From contig MU058636.1 in NCBI GenBank assembly GCA_013265495.1, forward strand, positions 7,456,295 to 7,520,294: 64,000 nucleotides of DNA, in the 5' to 3' direction. This stretch comes from Vicugna vicugna. Its lineage: Eukaryota. Below are positions 26,798 through 39,870 of this stretch, in pieces (position 1 is the first letter of the stretch; each line of letters opens with the position of its first letter). The position numbers and the translations under genes are program-made. Below the pieces are notes generated by a model. It made no database searches. It saw nothing but the letters and a program-made list of their open reading frames with translations, and had not been told where the DNA came from.

Positions 26798-27619
26798 TAT
26801 AACCAAAACATTTTAAAGCCCCATTTCTCCACAAATTTCCACTTGGATTTTTTTTTTTTTTTAGCTACTGTGTCTCTTTCTACCCACAGTGACTCACAAA
26901 TAATTCTAGCAGGGTATACCAGTCCACAGGACATTTAATAATATTGTATCTGGAAAAAACTGGCAGAAGTGGTTTCTTGTTTAAATACCACAACCCAGAT
27001 AGACATGAAATGACGATGTGTGAATGTAGTTTGGCTAAATTCAGTGCTTGACAGAGAGCCTAACACATCAATATTCCAAACAACCAAACATTTAATATAG
27101 TTACCTAGCATCTACTCAAAACTAAGCGCCAGCCAGAGATTTCCTGGCACCGAACCGTATCATAGTAAATTTCAATATCCATCACCACCGTGTCATCATT
27201 CATAAAATACCGTTTAAGTCCCACAGCACCTTGGAAGCTCCCAAGTCCTATTTTTCAGACGTTTCACCTGTTAAGCAGATCTCTGAGAACTCCATAAATT
27301 TAGAACCCTTCAGTCAGGTACAATTCTGTTGGAGTTCTGGTTGTGATTCACATTTCAGTTGAGCTCCTTGTCATTATAAAATGTCATTCTTGTCTGGGAA
27401 CCACCCCAGTTCTTTCACTCTCATTTATTTATATAGTGACTATGATGTTTAAGAAACACTGTATTTAATTCTGAGAAGCCCAAGCATTACAGAATTGACT
27501 TCGGATTTCACTCATCAATGGCTACGTAGGAAGATTCAGACAACCCTAAATCATGTCCCCTTCCCCAAGCCTTCCTATGGCTCACTGGGTGTCGCCTGGA
27601 ATCCACTGGAATGGGCATA

Positions 27620-27725
27620 ACCATAGCCAAAATGGGGTCAGGGACTTTCTGTTTTGGTTATGGCTCTATTGCCAATGCTGAGAACAGTGCCCAGTAAACT
27701 GTTGCTAAATGACTGAATAAATGGA
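27620..27725 (+). mobile_element. L2 3' end
   Basis: cagggactttctgttttg...gaacagtgcccagtaaactgttgctaaatgactgaataaatg. Confidence 0.65.
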
Positions 27726-27794
27726 TCACCTCTAAACTCCCAGAGAAGCAGTCAGGGTCCACAAGCAAACAAGTGGAGAATGATACAGAGAAGC

Positions 27795-27995
27795 ATGTGC
27801 TAGGGTGAGAGGGGCATGGGTGTTTGGTCTAGACATTCTGAATCTCGACTTTACTTAATACATCCCTTTGAAAGCTGAACCTGTTGGTTGATTCTTAAAA
27901 TGGAAATAAGATCTTACAGCAGAGCTTCTGTAAGAATTAGAGATAATTATATAAAGTGCCTACCTGACACATAAATATACTCAAATAATAGTTAT
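27795..27995 (+). mobile_element. MIR SINE
   Basis: taaaatggaaataag...taagaattagagataattatataaagtgcctacctgacacata. Confidence 0.7.
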
Positions 27996-30171
27996 GAGGA
28001 TGATGATATTGACAGTGATGAATGGTAAATGCAAACTTTGATGGTGCAGATTTAAAAAAAAAACAATAGCGAGGAGAACTAACCGCAGATAGGAGTCAAG
28101 GTGCAAACTTCTTTGAGACTAGATTTAAGATCTATCTTAAATAAAAGCTGAAGATGCAAACTGTCATTCAGATTTGACATTCCAATTTCATATGTTCAGG
28201 TCACACTGACATCTTCTAATATCAAAAGATCAATGACCCTGACCCAACTGTCACTTGCAAACTTAATGGGCAGATTTCCTCCGATGACCACAAATAATGC
28301 AAGGCCTTCATGCACTTGACGGCTGACGACTGCATCTGATGTCCTCTGGTTGTCCGTCTGCAACAATGCTGCCCGAGGCCTCGTGAGAACAGGGCCGACG
28401 TCTGTTTAATCTGACTTGCCTGGAGCCACGACAGCACCACGTGCATGTGGAAATGAAATGATTTCGATATTGATCGTGGTTTCCATCATCTAAGCTATGA
28501 TAAAAATTATTAACTTTCAACAGACAGGTCCTCCAATGTCACCAGGATACGCAAAGTGCCTTTGGATTGACTCTTAGATACCTTGGAAGGTTCTGGATGA
28601 GAGCTTCTCAAGCTAGAGATCCAGAGCCCCAAGATGTCCCAGGGACATTCCAAAGAGCAAGAAGAGAAAGGAGAAACCAGAGGGGATTCAGGGTCTTCTG
28701 TCCCCTAGATGACTTCTCTGCCTCATGAGGAAGTCAGGTCACTGGATTGTGACTTCAATTAGATTCTGACCATTTTCAAAATAAATGACAGAAAAAAATA
28801 TGCACAGTTACTCTGCTTCCCAGAGACTTCAGTGTTCTCAGATTCTTACTTTTGGAGAAGCCGTGGCATCGGTCACTTGGAAAAAAAGTGAGGAGGCCTA
28901 AGGAAAGTACAGGGACTCCCAATATTTCAGAAGTTACTACACCAGCCAGAGCGCCCAGCCCCTGCTAAGCAGGAATTAGGGCAACACGGTCAGTACAGGG
29001 CAATCTATTGCTTTTCACCTTAGGAGGAAAGGTCATGAGCAGCCCCTTCGAAAAAAATGAATAGAACCCAATAGAACTGTTCTCTAACTGAACAATAATA
29101 ATAGTGTATTTTTCAGAGTATCTACTTTGGCAGTCAACCTTTTTAAAAGGTTTTCAGATTACATACTTGTTCATTAACATATACCCAGTTCCTAGCACTC
29201 AGCTTGGCATGTAAAATACAGGCAGTAAGTGTTTATCGCATAAATAAATGAAATGATGAGTTGATGCTGTGACAAGAAATCCCCACACAGCGTCTCATAA
29301 ATCCATTAAAGAGATTTATTACAGGTTTTAAACATGACCTACAGGGTAGGTTTTGGCACTTTGACAGCTATAATTAATCTGTAATAATCAGGTGAAATGA
29401 AAAGTCACAAATGTATGCCAAACAGCCCTCACACAAAAACAGTAAGAGGACACTGGGAAGAATCCCGCCATATTTGACGAACGCCATTCATACATCACGT
29501 TTCCTACTATGCATGAGACTCTGGTTAGAGGCATTCACCGGATTTAAAAAGCAAGGTAAAATGACACATCCACTCCTCTGAAAGCCCACAAAGCTTTTAG
29601 CATCACTGAGTACACTGCAGCCAAGCAAGTGGCCAGAAGGAAACATGCATAGTGAATTGTTCGTCATAAATTTGCTCTTGTTCAACACCGATGCCACTTG
29701 GCTGCAGACGAGACAAAGCTCCACAGAACTATAGTTTACAAGAAGGTAGGAAACAAAGAAGGAAAGAGGCAACTTCCTCTTTACTCTTTACAAGGAATAA
29801 CGTGGTCTTCTCTATCAGGAAAAATATCAGGAATGTGACATGACAATTTCGTGTAACATCCTTATATTTATCCCATAATAATGGTACCAATCTCCTTTCA
29901 TCAGTATTTTATTCTCAAGTGAAAATAGGACTGCAGTGCCTTTGAGTTCATTACCTTCTCTCAAACGTGATTAAATAAGGAAAAGCAATGGTGCTAACCA
30001 TTCATTCAGATTCCTACATAACGCTGGAAATGTTCTCCAAGCACTCCCTCTTCTGTAAAAAAGACAAAAGTCATTCTCTGGAATTCTTGACTTTAGACAG
30101 ATTCTAAATATGTAATAGTTAAACAAAACATACAGAGAGTGACAGGCTAATGAATGGTTTCTCAGTTACCT

Positions 30172-30400
30172 GTGTGGTGTAATGCTAGGACTCAGAGAAA
30201 TCAGCCAAGTGCAAACCCCAGCTTCGCCACTCACTTACTGTGTGATCTTAACTAAGTTCCTTAACCTCTGTGTGCCTCAGTTTACTCACCTATGTTATGG
30301 GAATAATAGCCACACCTGCCCTAGGGTTGTTGTGACAATTACAGACATTAGATGTTAAACATCTACTGGGCACAGAAGAAGCACTCAGTAAATGTTAGGT
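30172..30400 (+). mobile_element. MIR SINE
   Basis: ctgtgtgatcttaactaagttccttaacctctgtgtgcctcagtttt...aagcactcagtaaatgttag. Confidence 0.9.
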
Positions 30401-31464
30401 AGTGTTCCTATAACCTGGAATTTGGGTTGTTCTTCCTACAGAAGGATATAAGGAAAAATAGGAAAGGGCGAAATGTTTGGGAAGACAGCTTTTAATGACT
30501 GATGTAGAAACTCAAGGCCCCTCAGCTTCTAAGAACCTACCTATAAGACTTAACTAGGCAGGGTAAAGATTCAGCTGGATAATTTGATACAGCTTTTTGG
30601 AATTCTGGAAAATCTAAACTGCCAACAATTAAATAACCACTGAAATTACTTTGTAAAATGGAAAAATATGTATGCCGTTATATTACGGAAAAGGAGCAGA
30701 GGATGCCAGATGGGCTGTATGGAAGACTACGAACGTGCATTCTGCATCATTTCTGTAAGAATATATCAAAATGCTGACAGCAATCGTAAAGCTCTGAGGT
30801 GTGCAATAATGGCTGTTTTTTTTCTATTGTTCTCTTTGTAGCAAATGCTGTATTTGTTACAGAAATAAAACCACAATATAAAAGGTAAGCCCCAGATACC
30901 AGAAAAACAACAGCCCCTCTCATGTGAACAGCATTTTACAATGTGCTAAGGGTTACAATACACGTGGTGTCATCTGCACCTCAAATAACCTCACGAAATG
31001 TGTTGATCACAAGACATTCCTGTCAGACTAGGCATCTGAAGGTCAGAAAGGTCAAGTCCTCTGCCACAATAACGTGGGGAGTAAAGGGAAGCACCCTAGG
31101 TCAACCCAGGGCCTTCCCACCCAGGTCCCAGCTCTTCCCAGGAGGGCCTTCTGGACCAGAAGGGACCTGGAATTTTAAGATCCACGGCTGTAACTGTCTT
31201 GTTAATCACTGGGAACAACACTACTTTCCTAGGCTATAAAATGAGTCTAAACACCACCACTATCCCAAACAGATCTTGTCACAGCAAGAAACAAGATCCC
31301 TCACTAGCCTTTGAAGTACCTACTAGTACATTCCTCTGGGAAGTTTTCATTTTGCTGTAATGAACTGAGCATGGCCCCAATAAATCAGGCAGGTACATCC
31401 TCTTCCATCATAAACTAGGCGGTCTCACAAGAATCTGTGCTAATGATAAAGAAATCTGTTACTA

Positions 31465-31631
31465 TTTTCTTCCTTCCTTCCTTCCTCCTTTCCTTCTCTT
31501 CTTTCATCCATTTTCTTTTCTTTCTTTCCTTTCTTCTCTCTCTTCCTTTTGTTCCTTCCTTCCTTCTTTTTTCCTCCCTCTCTTTCTCCCCCTTCCTTCC
31601 TTTTATTCTTTTTTTCTTCCTTTCTTTTTTT
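31465..31631. repeat. (TTCC/TTTC)-rich polypyrimidine repeat
   Basis: About 165 nt almost purely C/T. Confidence 0.95.
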
Positions 31632-31997
31632 GGGCATCATAATTCAGAAACGAAGGCATTAAATGGCTTTGAGGAATGTGGGTCCTGGTACCCCACCACA
31701 TCCTTCAGGGCAGTCATGGGGCCACTGAAATGGAAGTTGTTGGCTCTGTCCTTCCCATGAGGCTTCCGAGCTGCCACTCAGCTCATCCCTTCTGCCCCGG
31801 GAGATGACAGACAGCACACAGAGCATTCCTGCTGCCGCCTCCAAAACCACCCTGTTAATGGGAAGCACTCCTTCCCACCAAAGAAAACAAATTAGTTTTG
31901 TTCTTTGGCCAGATGCTTTACAGGGGTGCTGGACATCTGCTTTAGGTGGAAAACAAAACGTTACCAGTCCAGACATTAGGGAGCAAAAGAGAACCGC

Positions 31998-32016
31998 ATA
32001 TATATATATATATGAC

Positions 32017-32057
<41 letters not shown>
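31998..32057. repeat. Interrupted (TA)n microsatellite
   Basis: Two TA runs separated by gactgc. Confidence 0.95.
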
Positions 32058-32059
<2 letters not shown>

Positions 32060-34115
32060 TCATATTTTTAAAGTTTAAGAAGAAAAATGTTAAGTATTCA
32101 AAAGAACACAGTTAGGAAATATGACCAAACTGATGAGCATTTTTAAAATCTTTAATATCGACTTCGAATTCCATCATTTCATATTGTGATTCCTGAAAAT
32201 TTTTGGTTTAAAAAAAAACAGAGTCAAATGCACTAAGTCTGTAAAAGCACACTGTTCCTATTATCTTGGCAGTAGAGGACCTGGCTAGTCTCATGCTGGG
32301 CAACAAAGATGAATTTCTCTGTGTTTAGTTAAAATGCTTTTGACACTGTACATCGTTTTGGCTGGCCACACTGTCTTGGTCTCAGGTTATAAATAAGAGG
32401 CCACGTAAATCAATCCTAAACTCTTTAAACAAAGCAACAATAAAAAGAACTGCTTGGTATTCAGTGAATATAAGCCTCTCTAAATATACTTCAAACTCAG
32501 CTTTGAATGACTTCTATGTAGAACTTGGATAATTCAGAGTTTACAGGCCAAAAATTAAATCCTTAGATTTTTAAAATTTTACTCTTATTGTTACTCCTTT
32601 TATTTGTCTGCACCTTGGCAGAACACAGTCTTTCATATAGATTTTCATAATTCTTTTCCAAAGAAATCTCCAATATTTAACAATTAGTCAACTTGATCAA
32701 CAAAGAAAGCTTTAAAATAAACTTCTCGTGACAGGTCCTAAGACCAAGTAATTCAAATTAAATAACACAATAACCTTTTGAAATGCTTTTTTAAAGATGC
32801 AGGGGGAAAAATCCATAAGTCATCTCACTAGTTTCAAAATAGGGCATTTCAAATCCTCTTTCCAAGAGCATGCGTCATGAGCTCTCTGAAGTACCAGGTC
32901 TTTCTAAACACACCGGACTAGTCTGGATGAACTGAAAACACTAGGATAACGTGAAGATTAGCCAAGACAAGAGGAAAAATTAATAATAAAATGGATGTTA
33001 CAACTTCCAAGTACACTATATACATTTAATAGTATAATATCAGCTTACTGTGGTATTAATATAGTCAAACACAGCAATCAAATAGAAGTTATAGAGTCTT
33101 ACATTTAACAATGTCACTTTAGGGTAGTCTAAAGCTCCTTTCAGTGCACACAGTTTTCACCTTACATCATCATAATTTAATCTTTGTAATAAAATCACAA
33201 AAAGATACTTAGTATTCATTTCCATTTGTCAGAAGAAGAAACTGAGGATACCGTAGGACTTGAACACTGATGCAGAAAGAAACCAGGCACCAAGTTTTGC
33301 TGGAAAGGTGGAGTCCAGAAAATACTGCTTGGAAAATGTTATTTTGGACTACATTTTCAATGGAAGAAAAAGCTTCAAGGATCTTAATTCTTTTAAAACA
33401 CCATCCTCTTCCTGAATCCAAATGATATTAGATTAAATTCAAATTAAGCTAAATAGCTTTGCCAGCATGCAACAGAAATAAAGACAGGAAATGAAGAAAT
33501 CAAGAACACTACTTATGGCTCTTCCTTCAATGAGAACAGGACAATTCATTAAAATACAGTTTGTTCTTTACCCTGAGGCGCCAAAAAAATAGGCCACTTG
33601 AAAGCAATAAAGCTTGCTCATCAGGTGACATTCAGTCACTAAGTGACAGGAAATGACTTCTGCTGACCCTCGCCTGTCAGTTTCACTGCTCTCCCAGTTC
33701 CCTTCCCCTGAAATGTCCTTTCCCCTCCTCTCCACCCACCAACTTCAACTCCCCTTCCAAGAGACAGGTTCAGCCTCTGCCCCTAACCAGCCAGCTTTAC
33801 CCACCATGATCTTTTACTCATTCAGGATGTGTCACAACCTCAAGGCTTATTTTTATGTTGCTGTGGGATATTTTATGTTGCTATCTCTCGGCATCCTCTA
33901 GAGGTCCTCTCCCCATCACTCGCAGAGCAGTGCTCTGTGTGTTCCACAGTGACCAGCAACACGTACAATCTAAAAAATCTTAAATGCCAGAATTTGGTCT
34001 TACTCCTTTAAAATAAGTGCTGAGCTTTCTATCCACCAGCAGCAGCAATGGATTATGATGACCACGTGCTGCAACAGAACACTGCAGTCGGCCGGCCTGT
34101 CAACAGAGAGCTCTT

Positions 34116-34414
34116 TTATTATTACATGTATATATTTTTTCCCAGATTTTTTCCATTATATGTTATTACAAGAAATTGAGTATAGTTCCCTGTGCTATAC
34201 AGTAGGTCCTTGTTAGTTACCTATTTTATAGATAGTAGTATGTATCTGTGGATCCCAAACTCCTAATTTATCTCTCCCCCACCCTTTCCCCTTTGGTAAC
34301 CACAAGTTTGTTTTCTATGTCCGTGAGTCTATTTTTGGTTTGTAAATAAAATTTGTATCTTTTTTTTAGATTTCACATATAAGTGATATCATACGATATT
34401 TGTCTTTCTCTGTC
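34116..34414 (-). mobile_element. 5'-truncated cetartiodactyl-type L1 3' region with TSD
   Basis: tatagttccctgtgctatacagtaggtccttg; ccctttggtaaccacaagtttgttttctatg. TSD caacagagagctctt (34101-34115) / caacagagagttctt (34415-34429). Confidence 0.92.
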
Positions 34415-35479
34415 CAACAGAGAGTTCTTGAGGACCAACGGTGCGTCTGGTGAAGAGAGTGAGTTTAGATGTAATTTTGACTCGAGAGGCTTGTGTTATG
34501 AAAAAAATAAAAATCCTCTAGTATCCAAAGAAGCTCAGGACTGTACAATTCACATGTGCTGCATAGTGCCTGAAAGGGTGAAAACAAATCTTCTTTAGTC
34601 CAACCACTTCCTAAAGTGGCTTCAGTCCCAGCTGTGACCCAAAGGTAATAATGTAACCACGGAAACCAGTTCGTCTCTTCTTCAAGTGGACGTAACGCAG
34701 ATTCCAAAACTGATCTCGTGGGTGGTTCTGAGAATTGCAGGCAACAAAGGCCAAGAAAGTATTTTTGAGAAGATCTGAGTACGATGTAAGTATAAACTAG
34801 TGGTAACAGCACTAGTGTTAGCTCTTCCGCAGCCTGAACGGATGACCAGGCCGACGCAAAAGTAATGCGAGCCACTTCAGTTATGGGTCAGGGAATGCGT
34901 ATGAGATCAGATCAAATTTTTATCAACCAAGGCCACACTAACCTCATTTTTTTCCCTCTCTTGGAATGTTCCTTCGATGATTAGCTGACCTCACTCCCCT
35001 TCATCTTTGTTTTTTTACCAGCTGTTATGTATCATTTTTCTCCATTTTTATAAAGAGACCTAAGGGACGTGGTGTTCTGGCAGAAGGATAAAAAGACACT
35101 TGCTTGGCACCAAGTAAGCTAGTTCACTTGAGCCAGTCCATATGGGAAAAAAATTTTAATAACTGCATATATGTGTAATAGGGTACACATTTTTATTCTT
35201 CTATTTTATAGCATCTTTAACATTTCAAAAAATTTTACCAAAAATAATAATGTTAACATATCTTCTTATATTGTTCTTGATTGGATAGTTTCATTCTGCT
35301 TGGAATCCAAATCTCCCAGGAAGTTAAATAGTTAAAACTGCAAAGGTATATTAAGAGTTCTTCTTTCTTAATACATAAATCTAACGAAAGAGATCTAATA
35401 TATTTAAAAGAAAACCTCATTTTAAATAAATGAAATGGATGTATGGCACTATATAAGATACAATGTGATTTTTATAAAC

Positions 35480-35930
35480 ACATCATTTGATCCTCTTTCT
35501 GTTACGAATTATTATTATCTTCATTTCAGATACAAGGAAACAAATTCAGCAATGTTAAACAACATGCATAGATGGTGAGTGATGAAATGGAAACCCACGT
35601 ATGGCGAATTTCCAATCCCATATTCTTTCCATTACATGACATTACTTCATGTCACAATATAAATTAACAGCCGCAACAACAGCTAACCTTTGCTGGGAAG
35701 TTTTCATAGCTATCAGTGCTGGCCTGAAAGCTTTAACTGCATTACTTCACGTAAGACTCACAACTCTACAAGGTGAGAATTGCTACCAATCCAACTTTCT
35801 AAATGAGGAAACCATGGCTCAGGAAAACTAAAAAATCTCCCCAGTTCACACAGCTATGAAAGAGCAGAATAGAGAGACTCTGATCTCATCTGAATGACAT
35901 AAAGTGCATGGTCTTATTAAACACTGGACT
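35480..35930 (-). mobile_element. Two tandem MIR SINE remnants
   Basis: catttcagatacaaggaaacaaattcag and tttctaaatgaggaaaccatggctcagg reverse MIR cores. Confidence 0.75.
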
Positions 35931-36189
35931 ATACTGCTTTCTTTTTTTTTTTTTTTGGCAGGGGAAATATTTATGTTAATCCATATATGCAACACTATAA
36001 TTTGAATTTTGCTGTAGAAACTGACAACTTGCAAATCAAAAAAAAAAACTAGTGATTTTGGGTTATCAAGATTAACTATACTTCAATTTTTAAAAAGATA
36101 GGCTCAACAAAGATATTAAAATCTGCATCAGTCCATGTAGACCAAATGCTCGATGTTTACAGGTTCAAATATGTGATTAAAGCCATCAT

Positions 36190-36866
36190 TATTGTCCTAC
36201 ATCCTTTGCCAGCTTCCTCCCCATTTCTTCCCTAAAGAGTTGTCTATGCTTATTTTGATTTCTCCCCCTCATACTTCCCTGAAGCCCCCACCGACATCAG
36301 GCTTCAACCTCACTTTTTCACCAAGCTGCTCTTGTCAAGACTGTCAATGGCCTCTAGTCATTACATTCCATCAGTTCTCAGGGCTCATCACACCTTGGCC
36401 GTTAGCAGCACCTGCCCAGGTGCCACTCTGTGCCCCTGGTGCTGCCTCTCTCGGCTTCCAGGGCACACGTGCTGCTGACTTTCCCCCTATTCTGGCAGCC
36501 ATCCCTCCTCAGTCCTCTATGCAGTGTCTCTTCTTTTCCTTGATCTGTTCTTTTTGGCGCACCCCAAAACCAAGGGTGGTCCATGGAACTCTTCTCTATG
36601 GATACTCACTTTCTTGGTGAGTTCATCCAGTTTCATGGCCTTAAGGCACCTCTCTAGGGAAATATCCTCCTAATTTATATCTTCAGCCTACATCTCTCGT
36701 CTGAATTCCAGACTTGAATTAAGCATCTCCACCTGTATGACTAAAGGAGCTCTCACACTTAGCATGCCTAACACTGAACTCCTCTCTTCTTCACAGCTGT
36801 ACACTCAACATCTAGAAAATCACTACCACAATTAGGTGCTCAATAAAATGGTTGAACTGAATAAAC
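36190..36866 (+). mobile_element. L2 LINE fragment
   Basis: ctcatccagtttcatggc-type segment, tttatatcttcagcc, agcatctccacctgtatg, terminus taggtgctcaataaaatggttgaactgaataaa. Confidence 0.85.
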
Positions 36867-37582
36867 AGACACAGCCCAGTTAGATGAACATGAGTCTCAA
36901 AAGCAGAATCACAGCGATACATACACTCTGCAACTACCAGCCCTATCTTTTTAAAAAGGGTCTGGTCTGAGTCAGCTATAAAAACACAAACTATTTTGCT
37001 ACCTTCACAGTCATGAAAATTCAAGGTTTCCACAGAACTGGAAGTTGTATAATATCAGATGATCGCAAAGAGTAATCATATTCGGTTCTATCATGATACA
37101 TATACATACAATAGGATCTCATTATAATTCATGCTCGTCATGACAGATTCTGGGATACCCTGGCTTGGACAACATTGTCTATTACTAGCACATCAGAGAG
37201 CCCATGAGAAGCAAAGTTTAATTTTCAGTCTTGGCACACAGAGGAAGTCCCACTGTGTGAGGATATTATTTACAAAGATACACCAACTTATCCATTCACA
37301 CCATGAAGTATTTTACCCTATCAAGGTGACTTATTTTTAAGGTTAATAAACATTAACTCAACTTAAAATATTTTAATGGTTCTCGCTACAGGATTAACAT
37401 ATTTGGAGAAATACAAATAGACTCAAATTCATTTTTACATATATGAATTCAAAGTCACTCAGAAATTAACGCACATGCCATTTCCATGCAAATTACAATA
37501 ACAATTTCAAATTAAGTCAAAAATAAATTGATGAGAAAAGGAAAGGGAAAACACAGATGTACTACCAGTTACAGAGCTACTA

Positions 37583-37822
37583 CTTTTAAAAACAGCTTTA
37601 CTGTGGTATAATTTTCACATCATAAAATTCACTCATTTTACATATACAATGATTTTTAGCAAATATATATGGAGCGGGCAACCAGCACTCCAACCCAGTT
37701 TTTAGAACACTTTCATCACCCAGACAGATTCCTCATGCCATTCACAGTTATTCTCTGCTCCTACCTCCAGCCCCAGGCAAGTACTAATCTAGATCTATCT
37801 TTACAGACTTGCTTTTTCTGGA
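37583..37822 (-). mobile_element. Old L1M 3' end fragment
   Basis: aacagctttactgtggtataatt...cataaaattcactcatttta...ccagtttttagaacactttcatcaccc...ccagccccaggcaa. Confidence 0.88.
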
Positions 37823-37844
37823 GAACAGATACTACCTGTAAGGT

Positions 37845-37990
37845 CCTTTTATGGTCTAGATACCTAACTACATATTTCATATACATTATCCCACTTAGTC
37901 CTACAACCACCATATGAGGTATTATTACTTGCCCAATTCTACAAACAATGTACCTGAGGCTCAGAGAGGGTAGCTAACCTGCCCAAGGAG
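37845..37990 (-). mobile_element. MIR SINE
   Basis: tagtcctacaaccaccatatgaggtattatt...ctgaggctcagagagggtagctaacctgcccaagg. Confidence 0.85.
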
Positions 37991-39739
37991 GAATATCAGT
38001 CTACTTAGTTATGCGGGCTTCCAAAAATACACTGCATTTAAAGGTCTCCAAAAGATAATTAATACAAGATGACGAACTTACAGAATGCTATCACTTCAAA
38101 CCAACCAAGGAGGAGGAATGGTGCTCCATCATCCATTCCATCATCACCTCCATAACCCAAGTCAGCCCTGCAGGCTGGACCGCTGAGGAGGATGACTGTC
38201 CACTCACATCTGAGCTGAGGAAGTGGAGCCTGCTCTTGTCCTTAGCACTTATTTTGAAAACAAGGACCTTCTAGCTCTGACTTCAAAGACTCACACTCAT
38301 CACTGATGTCCTCATGCAACATGCACTCAAGACAGGCAGGTGGACCGCAACTGACAGAAGTGCACCCGAATGACTGTACTTACAACAGCTTATAAAATCA
38401 CATTCAAAAATATGTATAAACCAAATTAAGAATTTATTTCTATAAGAACTGCAATATGTGTTACCATCTGGGGGTTATTTTGTTAATTGGGCTGACCATT
38501 TGGTCATGGTACAAGTTCACATACTAAAATCTCTACTTTTAAGTGGAATACTAGAAAGTGTGCATCAGAGTCAGTCTGACATCAGCATCCTGCTCCCACA
38601 CTGATCTGCAAAGACACACAGCTGGCTTCCTTCCATGAGTGCCCACCATGAAATTTGAGAGAAGATAGGACAGCTTATTTGGTATCCTGTAACTGCAGCA
38701 ATAGATTCTCTTCTGTTTAATAAGTCACTGACAACAGGGGATTGATGAAACAGAGATGAGGACTTAGATGCTCTGAGATGCTACACAACTGTCAGTCCCC
38801 ATCAGCATCTATAGCTCAGCGTAACTGTCAGGACAATAAGTCAGGAAAATCCATCGGAATCCTTCCGGCTGAAAATCAAGATGGAGGGCTCACTTGAACA
38901 AGTACTAAGATTCCCACTGCCTGTCACTGCCAAGAATGAAGTCACCGGTAGCAGCCTCAGCTCCTGCTTTGTGCAGCCAAGGCTGCTCCTTAGCAACCAA
39001 TGTCGACAATTGGGTTTCCAAGGAAACCAGAAAGCCCGATTTATAAAACTATGAAACAAAGCAACTGTAAAGGCTACGTGAGACACAGAAGGTAACTCTA
39101 TTCTTATCATTGCTACTGAATTCCTGCCAGCCGAGTGGTGCAAATACTTTATTTTTAAATGTTTAAGGGAAAAAAACTAATTTTTTAAAGTATACCACAT
39201 TACCCCTCTGTCCTCTCTGTATTTTTCTGCAAAAGGGCAACAAATGCATTTTTCGGCTTGAAATGAGGAACAGCATAAAAAGGTGTGTTTTTTCCTAAAA
39301 AAAAAAAATGGATGGATCTTGAAGGTGAAGGATATTTTTAGTCATCTGCAAAATATAAATTCCTTCCAATTCACAAGCAGAATTCTATTGACTTTATTCC
39401 TGTATAAAACAAGTTGATGTATTTGCCAGGTTCATTTCCATTAGTTCTTATAAACTATGACTACGGCTTCCTGAAAATCACATCTCTCCTATATAGTGGG
39501 TAATAGATGGGAGCAGAGAATGAAGGGGGAAAAAACGAATGAGGATGAAACCAATAAAACACAGGGATTACTTACATGCTACATCTGACTATACTGGGAA
39601 ATCAAGCATATGTCCTATGTCACCAACTGCCTTATAATTTAGAGCTCCCAAACAATTTCATAGAGGCGAGCGAATGAACCATTTCTACGAAAAATTTCTT
39701 TTGTCTGCCTCTTAAGATAAATTATTTCTTTACTGCAGA

Positions 39740-39870
39740 ACCTTAGGTGAGTTATTTAACCTGTGAACCCCAAATCCTTTTCCATAAAATGTGGATAGAA
39801 TTAACAGGAATTAAATGAGATTGTATGAATAACTGCTGAAGCACAGTGCAGATACTAAATACATGCTAGG
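39740..39870 (+). mobile_element. MIR SINE remnant
   Basis: ccttaggtgagttatttaacctgtgaacc...ggaattaaatgagattgtatg. Confidence 0.65.

Noticed and set aside
31437..32115. Phe/Leu/Ser-, Lys/Glu- and Ile/Tyr-rich ORFs
   Set aside because: Translations of simple repeats.
36192..36620. 142-aa ORF (+ strand)
   Set aside because: Lies in a decayed L2 remnant; chance open frame.
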